The translations under genes and the position numbers were made by a program. From the human T2T-CHM13v2.0 reference genome, Homo sapiens, in assembly GCF_009914755.1 (NCBI RefSeq), contig NC_060937.1: a DNA stretch of 64,000 nucleotides; one strand, written 5' to 3'. Within the stretch, counting starts at the first letter, position 1; each line of letters opens with the position of its first letter. The notes under the pieces were generated by a model. It was given only the letters and a program-made list of their open reading frames with translations. It had not been told where the DNA came from and ran no database searches. Below, piece by piece: positions 40,521-57,945 of the stretch.

Positions 40521-41754
40521 CATCTAGTCATATAAGCTATCCTAAAATAAACCCCTGTTCTATTTACAGGACCCCTTTTTCTGTCTTTCTCACTGAACTC
40601 TGTGCTCCTGGAAGGCAGAGGTCAGGTCTTACTTACCACAACCCCCTCAGCTGCCAGCAAAATCCTTGGCCCTGGTTCAATTCAATTTATGTTTGTTTTA
40701 AGAGTAAGTGAATGAACCAATTTAACAACATGATTTTCAAGCAAAATACAACACCTTCCATATTTACAAAGGCTAATGATGAAAGACGAAAAACATGTGT
40801 TCTCCTCTTGTAAAATCTCTCCTGAGCTTAGAGCCACTTTCAGCATCTATCGTTTGTGGATAGTTTCCCGTTGTGCGTTTCTACTGATTTGCTGCAGGGA
40901 ATGGGACCACGTGGGAAGGCTTCTTCCGAGGTGCTCTGTGCCTTTCAGCAGCGTCTTGGGACAGATTCCTTCGGCACCATATGCCAGCTCCAATTGTGAA
41001 TTGGACTTAAAGGTACAGCGTGATCACATTATCTAATTAATTAACATTTAAAAGACTCTCTGAAGAAGAAATCACTGGGCAGACGATGTGATACCAGAAT
41101 GTGTAAATGATTAAACTCCAGATTTGGGGAAATTAAAATATTTTAATGGGCACCCAAATGTATGTCCTGCGCATATCTGTTCAGTAGAGCTTTAGATTTT
41201 GGGAATATTACAAGCAGGTGCCCGATTTATAGTTTAAGTTGGAAACCTTGAACTACTCAAACTAAGTCCTTAAGAACGTATTTTTATCACTAATTACATA
41301 AGTTGTTGGCCTGTTTTCTCTTACGAAAAGGTCTTCTTATAAGAAAATGAAAACTTTATGATAATGAGCCCTCTGTGCTTAGTGACAGTACGAGGAGAAA
41401 GGCACTAACAGCCATTATCACAGCACACAGAGGATGATTCTCGGAGTGTTTCCCGCCTATTTTCACCCTTCTGAATTTGTTCTCACTAAAACAAGCCAAC
41501 AGTGTGGGTAATGAAAAGATATATATTAAGGAACTTAATGTGAGTGACTGAGAAGTTTTCAATTGCATAAGGAAAAAAACTTGTCTCTTTTTTATTCTGG
41601 GAGCCAGTTACTCCAGGAGCGAGCTGCCCTCTGTCTGCATTTAGTTGAGTCATGACACTAACTTTTTGGTTTGCAGTGTGAACTCGGGACTGAGCAAATA
41701 CTCTCCACTCTTTTCCCCTTGGATAACCCCAGCAACCTCATTTCATTTCCAGCA

Positions 41755-42078
41755 TTTATTTATTTATTTATTTAGAGACAGGGTCTCATTCTGCGTTACC
41801 TTGGCTGGATTGCAAATGTGCTATCAGGGCTCACTGCAGCCTCAACCTCCCAGGCTCAAGTGATCCTCCTGCCTTAGCTTCCCTCCTGAGTAGCTAGGAC
41901 TACAGACACACACTACCATGCTCAGGTATTTTATTATTATTATTATTTTTTTTTTTTAGTAGATACAGGGTCTTACTATGTTGCCCAGGCTAATCTTTTA
42001 AACTCCTGAAGTCAGTTGATCCTCCCGCCTTGGCCTCCCAAAGTGCTGGGATTATATGTGTGGGCCAGCAAGCCTAAC
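41755..42078 (-). mobile_element. AluJ, antisense
   Basis: agagacagggtctc...ctcactgcagcctcaacctcccaggctcaagtgatcctcc. Confidence 0.9.
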
Positions 42079-42732
42079 CTAATCTCTAGATTTTAAGATT
42101 TTTTTTTTTTTGCTACTTTTTCACTTTCCAAGCATGTAGCAATAAGACCTTTTCCAACCACCTGCTGAAATGCCTGTAGGAAATGAAATCCGAGGCACCA
42201 GAAAGGCTCTTACACCCCTGTTGGATTGTTTAAAGATGCCATACGGCCAGTTGGTGAATGTGCCCAGTGAAAAATACTAAAGCCAAGGACAGGTTTCCTG
42301 TGAAAGGTGTCTAACTGTGTATTTTCCCACAGAGTGCATTGGAAAATAAGGCCTTTTATCTTGTTAATGCAAAAGGGGAAAAATATTTTCTCTTAATTTT
42401 CCTAAAATTTTCCCCAAAATTTTCCTTTTAGAGTGGTTCACCTTAACTCTCAACTTGACCGTGCCTGGGTGAATTTCCTTATTCCCAGCTCGGAGAGCAG
42501 TAATACTTAGCTGTCCATCCTCAGAAAAAGCATAATGGACATTTTGAAATTGCACACGAATGCTACAGGTAGGAAGCTGATAGGCTTCCCTAACAGTACT
42601 TAAAACAGATCAACAATTTCACTCTTCTTTAAAGGCAGAAAAGGTCAGGAGAGTTATTGCTGTCATTAGCTCATTAATAGCCTCTCCACTGAAACCAATA
42701 AGTACCAGCAATAGAATCAGATCCAAATAGCC

Positions 42733-42788
42733 ATAATATAATATAATATAATATAATATAATATAATATAATATAATATAATATATAA
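42733..42788. repeat. (ATAAT)n pentanucleotide microsatellite
   Basis: Seen directly. Confidence 0.95.
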
Positions 42789-43986
42789 TCTTTTAGCTGA
42801 AGGAAGTTTCCAAATATAAAATCCCAATCACCTGCTAAGCCTTCATCTTACCCCTTTGATCAGGAAAAGAGGAAGGACTCTAGAGGCTCCTCCATGTACT
42901 GATGGAAGAAAAGAGTTTTGCTCTCGCCCTGGTGGAAAATGCCCGGTGAGATAACAATACGTCTTTGATACTAGACAGGGATATTGATCTGGGTGCATCT
43001 GTCTCAATCCGCAGCTGAAAACGACACCACATGTAGGCGACTTCCTGCGACTGAAGCCCAGAGGCTTTGCAGGGGCCAGGGCTCAGCCGGGCCAGCCCCA
43101 TTGCCCTCAGCAACTTGGAAGCCAGGTCCCTCTTGCCTCAGCAGACACACCCGGAGTCCTGCTGCCCAGCACTGTAAACAACTTGTTTACCTCTTTCTCA
43201 GGGTCACTTGCTTTATTTCCATTGGCTGTTGGAGCATACATGGAATATTTTTTAATAAATAAAACTCTTACAAAATAAACAATCAGAAAGAAGACAGCCT
43301 TGAAGGAAAGCAGTCTTTCTAAAGCCTTGATCCTCAGAGTGAGTGACATTATTTATATCCGTTGTTTTCATTTCCAGTCAACAGTATTGTAATGATGCAG
43401 AATACATTATAGCTTAAAGAAAAATAAAATACCATCAGCCCCATCCATACACGTTCCCTGGTAGGGAACACAAATTAAACCATGCGGAAGGTACCCTGAA
43501 CTTTGAAAACCCATGAAGAATCTTGGGCAGATAAAATCTTACATTAACATTTTCTTTGATTGTACCTGAGCAATGTGTCTTCAGCAACATGATTGTCCTC
43601 CAGGAAATTCATGTCTTTGGTAATTATTACTTTTACTCAGTGATTTAAAAATATCTTATACATGCCGAATGAGTATGTTATTTTGGATTGGAAAGTTAAA
43701 TGCTTAGGGTTGAAAATATAATTATTTTAAGAGACATCAATTTCATTCATGTTTATTTTCTCTATGTTTTAACATGCAGTGCTATGTGTATTTCCCTTTA
43801 GACAAACCATAATTGGATTTATTCTGTGGTGATAATAGGAAGATAAGAGTAAGAAGGAAAAGAACAGCAATGAAAGTAACACTCATCTTTAAAGTCTGAA
43901 TTATAGAACCACAGAGCTAAAAGGGGCCTCAGAGATCATCTTCTTTGTCAAACATTAACATTTTGTAGACAAGGACATAAGGCACC

Positions 43987-44742
<756 letters not shown>

Positions 44743-44926
44743 AGGCACCTAGGAATCAAGTGATGGCAGAACAGAGGCTGGAATCCAGTGGGGGACTCCT
44801 TTTCAGTCCACCCTATTGTGTCTCTAAGCTGGAAGCTCAAACAAGTCTCTAGAATTCCAAGTTGTTGCAGTAGGATTCCCAGAGAAAATTATTTCCACTT
44901 TAGTTTGAGTTACCATAAAAGCAGAA

Positions 44927-45667
44927 TTTGAGAAGTGTCTGTTTATATCCTTCGCCCACTTTTTGATGGGATTGTTTGTTTTTTTCCTGTAGATTCTGGA
45001 TATTAGCCAGCCCGTTGTCAGATGGATAGATTGCAAAAATTTTCTTCCATTCTGTAGGTTGCCTGTTCACTCTCATGATAGTTTCTTTTGCTGTGCAGAA
45101 GCTCTTTAGTTTAATTAGATCCCATTTGTCAATTTTGGCTTTTGTTGCAATTGCTTTTGGTGCTTTAGTCATGAAGTCCTTGCCCATGCCTATGTCCTGA
45201 ATGATATTGCCTAGGTTTTCTTCTAGGGTTTTTATGGTTTGGGGTTTTACATTTACATTAAGTCTTTAATCCATCTTAGCCAGAAAAAAATCATGTCCTT
45301 TGCAGGGACATGGATGAAGCTGGAAGCCATCATTCCCAGCAAACTAACACAGGAACAGAAAACCAAACACCGCATGTTCTCACTCGTAAGTGGGAGGTGA
45401 ACAATGAGAACACATGGACACAGGGAAGGGAACATTACACTCTGGGGCCTGTTGGGGGTTGGGGGACAAGGAGAGGGAGAGCATTAGGACAAATACCTAA
45501 TGCATGCGGGGCTTAAAACCTAGATGATGGATTGATAGGTTCAGCAAACCACCATGGCACCTGTATACCTATGTAACAAATCTGCACATGTTTATTTTAC
45601 TTTAAGGTCCAGGATACATGTGCAGAACTGTACATGTATCCTGGAACTTAAAGTAAAGAACAAAAAA
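44927..45667 (+). mobile_element. L1PA (PA8-like) with 5' inversion: antisense ORF2 piece about 44927-45278, then sense 3' end about 45280-45660
   Basis: The minus ORF 44900-45187 is L1 ORF2 ([37 protein letters not shown]...). The sense part is the L1PA 3' UTR. Shared flank aaaagcaga on both sides. Confidence 0.9.
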
Positions 45668-46299
45668 GCAGAGCTTGATTCAATGATTTGAATAAAAAGA
45701 GTGCATGTGAGAGGCAATCTGTAGAGTAGGGTTTTGAGGCAGGAAAGTTGGTAATCAATAGTGGAGCAGGACTGAGCAGACGCCTGTTGTGGGCAATAAG
45801 GTACAATCCTACTGGGTCTTCTAGGAGACTACACGGAACCTGCTTCAGAATTTCCCACTGTGGGGTATGAGCTGGAGTACTCAATTACTCTTCATGCATT
45901 AAGTTGGGCTCGCTTCTTGTCTGCCCTGGTGTGTCTAGCATATTCTTTTGAACAGAGAATGTTTTCAGGCCAAAAAACAAAGAAAGCTTCAAGCATGTCT
46001 GCAAGTTCTATTGAGGGTGGGTTGGGCGAAGGTGGGCAGGGTACAGATAGTGTCTGCTACAGCTTCTTTTCCATTGCTTAATTTACATGTTAACAGCAGC
46101 AACACATGTGATCCTTTGTGAATTCAAGGGTGAGTACAAAGAGTATCAACCAAGAAAAACTTTTATACATTTCAAAGGATTTTTCTAAAAAGAGAAAGTT
46201 ACATAAGCAAGACTGAGAATATTCAGAAGTGACAGTATCGGTATTGGCAAAATAATATTTTAGTACAGGATAGAAATGCTTTCAATGATCCTTTCAGAA

Positions 46300-46938
46300 G
46301 TGCAATCAATCTTTATTATTCACAGATCCTGTATCTGCAAACTTGCCTCCTCATTAAAATGTATTTGTAGCCCCCAAGTCAATACTCATCGTGCTTTCAA
46401 GGTCATTCACGGACATGGGCAGAGTGGCCAAAATTCGAGTCAGCAGCTGAGGCTGAACAAGGCGACATTTTGCCTTCTTGTTTCAGCTCTCATAATGTAA
46501 ACAAGTGTCCTTCTTTTGGTCCATTTAGGGGCACATTGTCCACTTCTGTGATTTTTATTGATGATCTTGCTATTTAAAATGGCTCCCAAGCTAGTGCAAA
46601 AGTGTTGTCGAATGTGTCTAAATGCAGGAAGGCTGTGATGTGTCCGAGACAGAAAATACACCTGTTAGAGAGGCTTCATTCAGGCACCAGTTAGAATGCT
46701 ACTGCCTGTGACTTCAGCGTTGATGAATAACAATATATATTAAACAAGGTGTCTTTAAACAGAAACACACATAAAACAAGTCTACATGTTGATCAGCTGA
46801 CAAAAATATTGTGACCAGAGTCTTGAAGGAAACGAACTCTGGCTTTCCCCTAGAAGAAATGCTTCAGTATTTGCTAATTCTGGGTTTGTGTTGCCTTTAT
46901 AAAACATAACTACGCCTAATAATAAGAATCATTTATAC
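46300..46938 (-). mobile_element. MER82 (TcMar-Tigger)
   Basis: caatatatattaaacaaggtgtctttaaacagaaacacacataaaacaag...gtgaccagag...ttcagtatttgctaattc...ctttataaaacataactac. Confidence 0.8.
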
Positions 46939-48291
46939 TATAAAACTTTTGATCAATTATGTATATATTGTCAACTCCGTCTACTTTTATATATTTTAAA
47001 CTCTCTTTCTGCAAAATATGACTACAACTGGCTTTTCAGTAAAGACAATACTATCTAAAATATCATTTCTTCATTTTATTTTGTTGGACTATTGAGTTTA
47101 GGTACAGTAAAAGGGTGAGAATGTTTTTGTTTCATTTTGCTTAACCTCCCTCATCAAATTGGTGAGGTCTTTGGGATTGAGAATAAATAAATGCATACAT
47201 ACATGCATACATAATATTATTCACTTTTGTTTCTAAGTGCAAGGAAATATAGGTTAAATTAAAGTCATATGTTCATTTATTCCAGTTAAGACTAAAACTG
47301 GAAAAACCATAAATTAATGAAAAGTAACTGAGCAAAAACGATTGTTTGTGGAGATTATTGCATCAGAGAGCTAAACTAGTAAACTGAGGTGGGGAAGTTT
47401 AGAAAGAATTTATTGCAGAATGTTGATGATAAAGAGAGGATTAGGAAACTTAAAACCAAGTCTATGTTTAATTACAGATTTCAAGTCTTTTAGATATTTT
47501 AGCTCAAACCCCTAATTCCTCTCAAGGCAAAGTATTGGTGTTTACTGTTCTTGATGGCTGATTTTAGCAATTCTTCAAAGAATGAAGGAAAATGTGTGGG
47601 TGCCCAGCAAGTTGGAATTCATGTGTGTTCCATAATCTTTGTCATGTTTTCCCAATGATGACTCGAACCACATGCTTTTTAAATTCCATCTGGTTAGAGA
47701 AATTAAGAGCAGAGACTTTCTCCCTTATTTCAGTTCCCCAACTGGAGAAAAACAGAGCATTATTGTTCAAAAGAGTGAGTTTTTCTAACTGACTTACCAA
47801 GGAGAATATTCATATTGTTTAACAAGTTCTCAAAATGCATGAGAATCTTGAGATTTTTGAGATTCTGACTCAGCCAGCCGTTCTCGTTTTTGTTCTTGTT
47901 TTTGTTGTCTTCTCTAAAATGTTCATAAAAACTTCCTGTCTAGAAGGCACGTTTGTGTGAGATTCCAGATTGCTTGGGTGGCTGTGGTAAGAACTGAATG
48001 TGGGCTTTAAAGTATTCCTATGCAACCAGAAGAATGCAGTCTTTGTTCAACATTTCCCTCTGTAAATCAAAAACCGCTCCCTGTCCCAGGAAAAGGCACC
48101 CCTCTTTAGGTACATAATATCCTTTTTTCTGCCCCCAAAAGCCCATAACATCTGACTCTGCTCTTCACTCCCTGCAGCTCTTCCCCATCCCTTGGCCTAA
48201 GCAACCCCAATGCAAACTCCTGTAAGTTTGCTGAGACAAACAGGGCGGTGCCTGAGTCAGCTAAAGGTTCCGTTCACTGCTAAAAAGTATA

Positions 48292-48574
48292 GGCTGGACG
48301 CGGTGGCTCACACCTGTAATCCCAGCATTTTGCGAGGCCGAGGCGGGTGGATAACGAGGTCAAGAGATCGAGACCATCCTGGCCAATATGGTGAAACCCC
48401 ATCTCTACTAAAAATACAAAAATTACCTGGGTGTGGTGGTGCACACCTGTAGTCTCAGCTACTTAGGAGGCTGAGGCAGAAGAATCACTTGGACCCAAGA
48501 GGCGGAGGTTGCAGTCAGCCAAGATTGCGCCACTGCACTCCAGCCTGGTGACAGAGTGAGACTCTAAATATATA

Positions 48575-48612
<38 letters not shown>

Positions 48613-48670
48613 CACATATATATACACATATATATATACACACATATATATATACACATATATATATACA

Positions 48671-48739
<69 letters not shown>
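48292..48739 (+). mobile_element. AluSc with tail replaced by a (TA)n/(CA)n compound microsatellite (48567-48739)
   Basis: acgaggtcaagagatcgagaccatcctggccaatatgg. Confidence 0.9.
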
Positions 48740-48741
<2 letters not shown>

Positions 48742-49026
48742 TGGGTTATCACCATGGACTGTGGAGTAGAGCTGTGAAAAATGAACATCTTTTCATATTT
48801 CTGTGAGACCAGAAAGAAAAAAGAGTGGAGAAGATGATTGTTAACAAAACGTGACTAAAAGTGGAGAGCTGAGCAAAGAATCCATTAGAAAGGAGAAAAT
48901 ACAAGAAAAAGGATATTAAGGAAGAGAAGAATTGTAAGAGAGGTTGAAGAATCAGAAAGCCAGGCTCAACACTGTTCCACTTAAGTCACGTGGCCTCAGC
49001 ATCACTGTTGCTAAAGAAAAAATGAC

Positions 49027-49593
49027 AGTACCTATCTCATAGGATGGTTGGGAGGATTGGGTAGATGATGGTGGGAAGTACCTATCTCATAGAATGGTTG
49101 GGAGGATTGGGTAGATGATGGTGGGAAGTACCTATCTCATAGGATGGTTGGGAGGATTGGGTAGATGATGGTGGGAAGTACCTATCTCATAGGATGGTTG
49201 GGAGGATTGGGTAGATGATGGTGGGAAGTACCTATCTCATAGGATGGTTGGGAGGATTGGGTAGATGATGGTGGGAAGTACCTATCTCATAGGATGGTTG
49301 GGAGGATTGGGTAGATGATGGTGGGAAGTACCTGTCTCATAGGATGGTTGGGAGGATTGGGTAGATGGTGGGAAGTACCTGTCTCATAGGATGGTTGGGA
49401 GGATTGGGTAGATGATGGTGGGAAGTACCTGTCTCATAGGATGGTTGGGAGGATTGGGTAGATGATGGTGGGAAGTACCTGTCTCATAGGATGGTTGGGA
49501 GGATTGGGTAGATGATGGTGGGAAGTACCTATCTCATAGGATGGTTGGGAGGATTGGGTAGATGATGGTGGGAAGTACCTGTCTCATAGGATG
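49027..49593 (+). repeat. 50-bp minisatellite, ~11.4 copies, MIR-derived
   Basis: Unit agtacct(a/g)tctcataggatggttgggaggattgggtagatgatggtggga; one 47-bp unit (49327-49373); preceded by MIR-like sequence at about 48950-49026. Confidence 0.97.
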
Positions 49594-50226
49594 AGTCTTA
49601 CTGCAGACCCTGGAATGCACCCATTTCTCACCTGGGCAGTAACAGGGGGGCAGCCCTCCCTGCTGGAGCATACAATGCAGGACATCACATTCCAAAGATA
49701 TGTTAGAAAACCCCAGGCGATTTCAGGGAGAAGTGACTCATATACTGAAAGGAAACAGAACTGTGGCAGTGGGAAATGAGACCCAGAATGCATAGCCTAA
49801 TAATGAAGCAAGAAGTTAGACCACACACATTTTATACAACCCGAAGGCATGAAACCTAGACCAATGGGTGTCAATTCTAGGCAGGTAGATTCTAGCTAGA
49901 GATAAAACAAAACAAAAACAAACAAATAAGTACAACTACAGCAAGGACCTTGGGGGCTAAACTCAACTCTCTAAATGTGTAAGCGATCTGTTATCAGAGC
50001 TAGTAAATTCACCATTCAGGGATTAAGATAAGCAGTTTAAATAATTTGCAAGGAAGAGGTAGAGGCAATTGAAGCCTTGGATACAGCTTGGAGTATTATT
50101 ATTTCCTTGTAGCACATATCGGCATAGAGTAGACCTGAGACTTTTTCCCTTTTGATGGAAGCCTGACCTGGGCCTCGGAGGTGCCTGCTGCCATTTGCAG
50201 ACTCCAGTCCATGTGAGGATTTGTCT

Positions 50227-50978
<752 letters not shown>

Positions 50979-52280
50979 AGTCTGCAATGCCTCTGCTGTG
51001 CTAGCACCATGCACATCCTCAAGGCAGAATGAAAAGACACTGTCTCTCTTCTCACAAAATAAACTTTTATATGGATTCCTTTGTGGCCTCATAGGAAGTT
51101 TTAAAACTCCTGCGGGGAATAGATGATCCAAATCAATAGCATTCCTTCAGTTCCTGGGAGTGTTTAATGACACAATACAGGAGGACCAGATATCTTCCTG
51201 ATGCGGACGCCCACAAACCCAAGGCAGCCTGAACTATTCAGGCCAGGGGAAGTGGGGGCCTCATGGTCTCATTCGGGGTGAGCAATTGCTATGAGTTGGC
51301 CAAGTTCCCAGGATGCTGGAGAACCACACAGGGTATAATGGTGGTTGGCAGCTCCTGTACTCTCTTTACTGCTCTGGACCCTGTAACTGTTGCAAATACA
51401 CAGATCACACGCACCGCCTCGGTCAAGGACCAGAGTGGGCTCCTCTAATGTATGTGGCCTTCTGCGTTCCCTGGCTCAGCTTCCCTGGGTCAGATCTCCC
51501 CAGAATGGTTGCTTGGTTTTTACTTGGCTTTATAAGGTATGTCACAGGGGATTTTATAGAAACCAAAATTCTATTAATTTGTCCTTTTCTTTTTCCTGGC
51601 TATAAGTGTTGTCTCTATTATAAATAATGATTACTAAGAATTTGTTAGTGACACTGAAAATGCGCACACTCTATGTTAAGGGAAATAACCCTGATGTAAA
51701 CTTGGAAGTTGTATGTACAGTGTTGGGAGAATTGAGTGAAAAATAATGACTGCAAACAAATTAGATAGCGTAATACCAGACACATACGGTTTAATAAAGA
51801 CCAACTCTTATTATCTTACCATTTCCTAGCCATAAACATTCTTCCATATTTGAATTGGCTGTTGCTGCTATTAATTCTGGCTAAGACACGTTTCACATCC
51901 GCCTGTGGTTATAATGATGCCAGCGCCTCACCCATAGTGTTAACGCATTTCTTGCTGGCCCCGCAAGGGAAGAGACAGAGGCTCAGCCTGGGATAAACTG
52001 TGTACATCGTGGAAAGTAGCGTAAATTAAAGGCCAGCTAAAGGTGGATTAGTGCTTGTGTTTTGCCTTCCTCGTAGCATCTCAGCGTTAAGAGTAAGACA
52101 TGCAGTAAACAGCGCTTCTTCAAATCATAAGAAGCAACGATGTCACAGAAAAATTCATTGACTTGGTGGAGGGAGAAAAGAGCTCATACTGTTACAGGAA
52201 TCATTTTTTTTCTCTTATGGAGCCTTAATAAATATGAATTTAAGAGACACAATATCTGTTTAAAAATTAATCGCTTTGGT

Positions 52281-52860
52281 GGAATACTACTCAGCAATGA
52301 CAGGGAATGAATGTTTGCCACCAAAACATGAATGGATCTTAAAATAATTCTGTGGGGAAAAAGCAGCCAGGCAAAAACGACCATGCATGACATTACTCCA
52401 TTTATATATAATTCCAGAACATGCAAAGTAATCAGTGGTGACAGAAAGCTGAACAGTAGTTGCCTGGGGAAGGGGTTGAGCAGAGGCAGGGCAGGAGAGA
52501 TTACAAAGGGGTGAGAGGAACAGCTGGGGGACTGGGTTATGCATTTCCTTCAGTGCAGAAGGGCCTATTGGTGTGCACATATGCCAAAGCTTATCCACTT
52601 GCACACCCTAGTTATGTGCCATTTATTATACGTGATTCATATTTCAATCAACCTGTTAAAGAGTAAATCTATATTTTTCTTCTCATAGAGTGGGTTGGGT
52701 GTCGACATACACTCATGGTTTGAATATTTCTCCAAATATTCAAAATATTTTGCCAAATTAGCCTCACAGATGGTTAGTTATCCCCAAACTCAGAGAGTTG
52801 TATATATTAAATATATACAGCTTTCCATGTCAATCAAACCTCGATGAAACGGTTTAAAAA
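52281..52860 (+). mobile_element. L1ME-type 3' fragments
   Basis: ggaatactactcagcaatgacagggaatgaa...atgaatggatcttaaaataatt...ccatttatatataattccagaacatgcaaa. Confidence 0.8.
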
Positions 52861-54488
52861 TAGTTTACCAAACCTAAAATCTTGCCAAGATTTTTTCCTA
52901 CCACTTCACTTTCAGATCAGAGTGAATTTTCTCCTACTTCTCCTTGTGCCCTTTCATGGGTTCACGTCATTGAACCAGTTTTTCTTCACTGATGTTGCAA
53001 ATGCTTAATTCAGGATTCAGTGATATATCCTCAAGTTTACTCAATATTTTAGGTACTTCTCATAAGTATGAAGTGGGATAAAATGATAAAGACTGTTTTC
53101 TAAGTTTTCTCATGAAGTCTAATTTCCTTCTTTTTGGTTTCTCAAATGAAGGCTTCGTTATAGCATGTAGTTAAGTTTATAACACCTTCCTATATTAAAC
53201 ACTCAGGTGCCTACCTTCAAGAAAGAGAAGGAAGACAATGTTGTTAGCAACCTACTAAGTCAGGGACTTTATATGTGGCCCCCAAACCAGCTCTCCTTAT
53301 GTTGAAGGCACTCTCGAGTCAGAGAGATTCTCTCAGATGTTGACTGAACGCTGCCAGTGTTGGTCGCTCTAATGGGAATTGGCCTGGGAAAACTGTCCTC
53401 CTGGGTGGTGAGTGCAGCGTTTTCAGGCACTCAGCAGCCCCAGCGTGGCTTCCAGACACCCATGCAGGGTTTGTGCACAGCTTCCTCTCTGCAGGGATCT
53501 GATGAAACCTGCTGCGGCATTGGCACCACCAAAACGGTCACTGACCGAGGAAGACTCAGCCCACTGCCTTCCCACTCCACAGGGCAAGAGACAGCCTTGG
53601 TCAGCCTTGGGTATCAGAGATGGCCAGAATGATGCACCCTCTCGGTAGTCTTTTCCACTTTCCAGAAGGAACTTAAATTTGACTAGAGGCAAATATCCAA
53701 TTGACTAAGGGCTCCACATCACTCAGCTTGCCTGTTTGGGGAGAAGTCTATATAATGAACTAATTTTAGTTCTTAACTTGCATGTCCATGAATGCAAGTT
53801 AAAGAAAGGCAAATCTGGTCTAAGTAAAATATCTTTTGCTATGAAAATTCTTCAGAAAATACTGTCTACATAAAATGTTCCTAGGCTTTATCCCTACATT
53901 TCACTTCTGAGAATGTATTTTAACTCTACAACCAAAAACACATGTAAGGATTCATATAAAAGATGTAGCTGTTTATAATTTCGTAATTATAACAGTATTT
54001 GTAAGACAAAGTGAAAATATTTACATTATTTGTACTAATGAAAAATTGGAAACATCCAATTGTTTATGAGTTACATAAACCTGAAATGCTACATCCCTCC
54101 CACAAAATATGCAGGCATTAACATTTACTAAGAATTTTAACGATATGGAGAAGAACATACAGTAAGATGCTAAAGGATAACAATAAAAAATTGCATAGCT
54201 AATGTAAAGTTGTCATGAGAATTAAATGTACAAATCAGATAATGAAATTTCAGTATATACCACAGTGCCAGTACAGGGTGTTCAGTCAGTGCTATTATTT
54301 CAAATAATATACATCTGTGCATAAGAAAAAATCCAGAATATGAAACAAAATTTTCATATAGTATTTCGGGTAAATTTATTTGCATATCCTTATGCATATT
54401 CTAAATTTTCTGCAGTGAGTTTAGGATGCATTATTAATTGAAATAAACTTATTTACAGATAGGAGGGAAACTGATATCTGAATAGTCA

Positions 54489-54822
<334 letters not shown>

Positions 54823-56479
54823 TTAATCCTGGCATCCACAAAATGAGATGGAAAAATAAAGTAATCATGTGGGGAGGTGGAATATAATATCACCTCTAAA
54901 TCGACCTATTTTTCACAGAAGTAGTTGTTACTCATTTTATTGAATGACACAGTTATTCTGATAATTGTTGAGTTACTTAAATTTGCTGATTAGTAAACAG
55001 GAACTTAATGGCAAAAGAGTTTTGGCTTTCCAAAATTCATCTGTTGAAAGGGTAGGGTTGGGGAGAGGGGAGAGAGAGGGAGAATGCATACATTTATGTG
55101 TTTTTAAAATCATGTATTTTACCATGTTCCAGGAAACTTTTAAGGCAAATTGATTTGTGATGGGCTATCAACAGTCATATGTAAGTGAAAAATAAAGCGA
55201 CCTACTGGAATAAAATGGCATCCTTCCACACCTCTCAGGAGACCACCTCCTGTATCTTTAAAGTCCACTGACTCTGCGTACTACAACTGATTCATAATTT
55301 CATGTTCACTGTAGACCTGTAGCGAGCTTGTGGGCCTTCTTCATCGCTTGATGAAGGTGGCTTTTGTTCCTGAGAATGTCACTATTCAAAAGGCTGAATG
55401 AGCACTTGAAATCAGGAATAAATTATGAATTCTTTAGGGAACATTGTTCCCAGCAGCCCATTTATGGTGGCCTGAATGCATTTTTATTTCGTTTGTCACA
55501 CAGGCCTTGCAGACAGTGGAGCCATGTGGTTTTCTGACTATAGACCTCTCTTCCCCGGGGCTTCCGAACCACCATGGAATGTGTCACCTGGAATTGAGTC
55601 CACTCCTCAGTTATTACTTAGTTAAGCATAAAACATCTGATTTGACTAGCCACTATCCATTCCCATAATTTGTAATGGAGTTGTTTTTCTGTGTCTATAT
55701 TCATTTCCTGATACTTATAAAGAGCACTAAATCAATTGATAAACCACCCACAATAATTAACCAAACAAAGTGAAATCATTTGTTACTCAAAACATGTTAC
55801 TCAAACCTGCATTATGACACAGGAGAAAAACCCACTACCCTTTGACAGTTATTGCTACACGATTGCAAAAGAGCAAGTGGGTGAAAGTCGTAATTTTTTT
55901 TTCAGACACTATATTTGCCAGAGAACATAGATTGCACCATTCCTGTTGCTCATACTTGTAACTCCATAATATGGGCTGTTTTCATAGGCAAATGAATTTG
56001 CAAAATCAGACCTACCCTTCCGGCCTACGCTGCCATCGCTACAAATATCAACGAAGTCAGCAAATAAACAATTCTCAAAGGAGCCTTCCAGCAAGTTCTG
56101 CTAGCATCACTGGATTCCTTTGGGAAGAATTATGCAACTGTTGTTTATCCATCTACCCCGTTAACCAAATCAATGAATATGTATCGAGCACCAACTGTGA
56201 GCAAGGTGCTGTGTTGGGTGGGGAAGAAGACACAATGATGAGTAAAACACAGTCCTACTGCTTTGGCGTTTAACTGTAGTACAGAAGGTAAATTATGGAT
56301 GCAAGTATATAAAAAATATAGGAGAAGGTAAATTACTTCTAAGCAAATCTAAATGAAACCAGAAGCCCCACCCTCCCTTATCCTCCATGCAGAACTCAAA
56401 GCAGGAAAGGCAGGCTTCACCTCCCAGGTAGATTTCAAGCTTGCCTACTTCTTGACATTCCTCCTCCCTGCTGGAGCAA

Positions 56480-57945
<1,466 letters not shown>

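Noticed and set aside
44900-45187. ORF with clear protein similarity
   Set aside because: It is an L1 ORF2 fragment in the inverted part of a truncated L1, not a host gene.
49027-49593. Regularly spaced repeats superficially like a CRISPR array
   Set aside because: Units are head-to-tail with no unique spacers, there are no cas genes, and the context is primate DNA. It is a VNTR.
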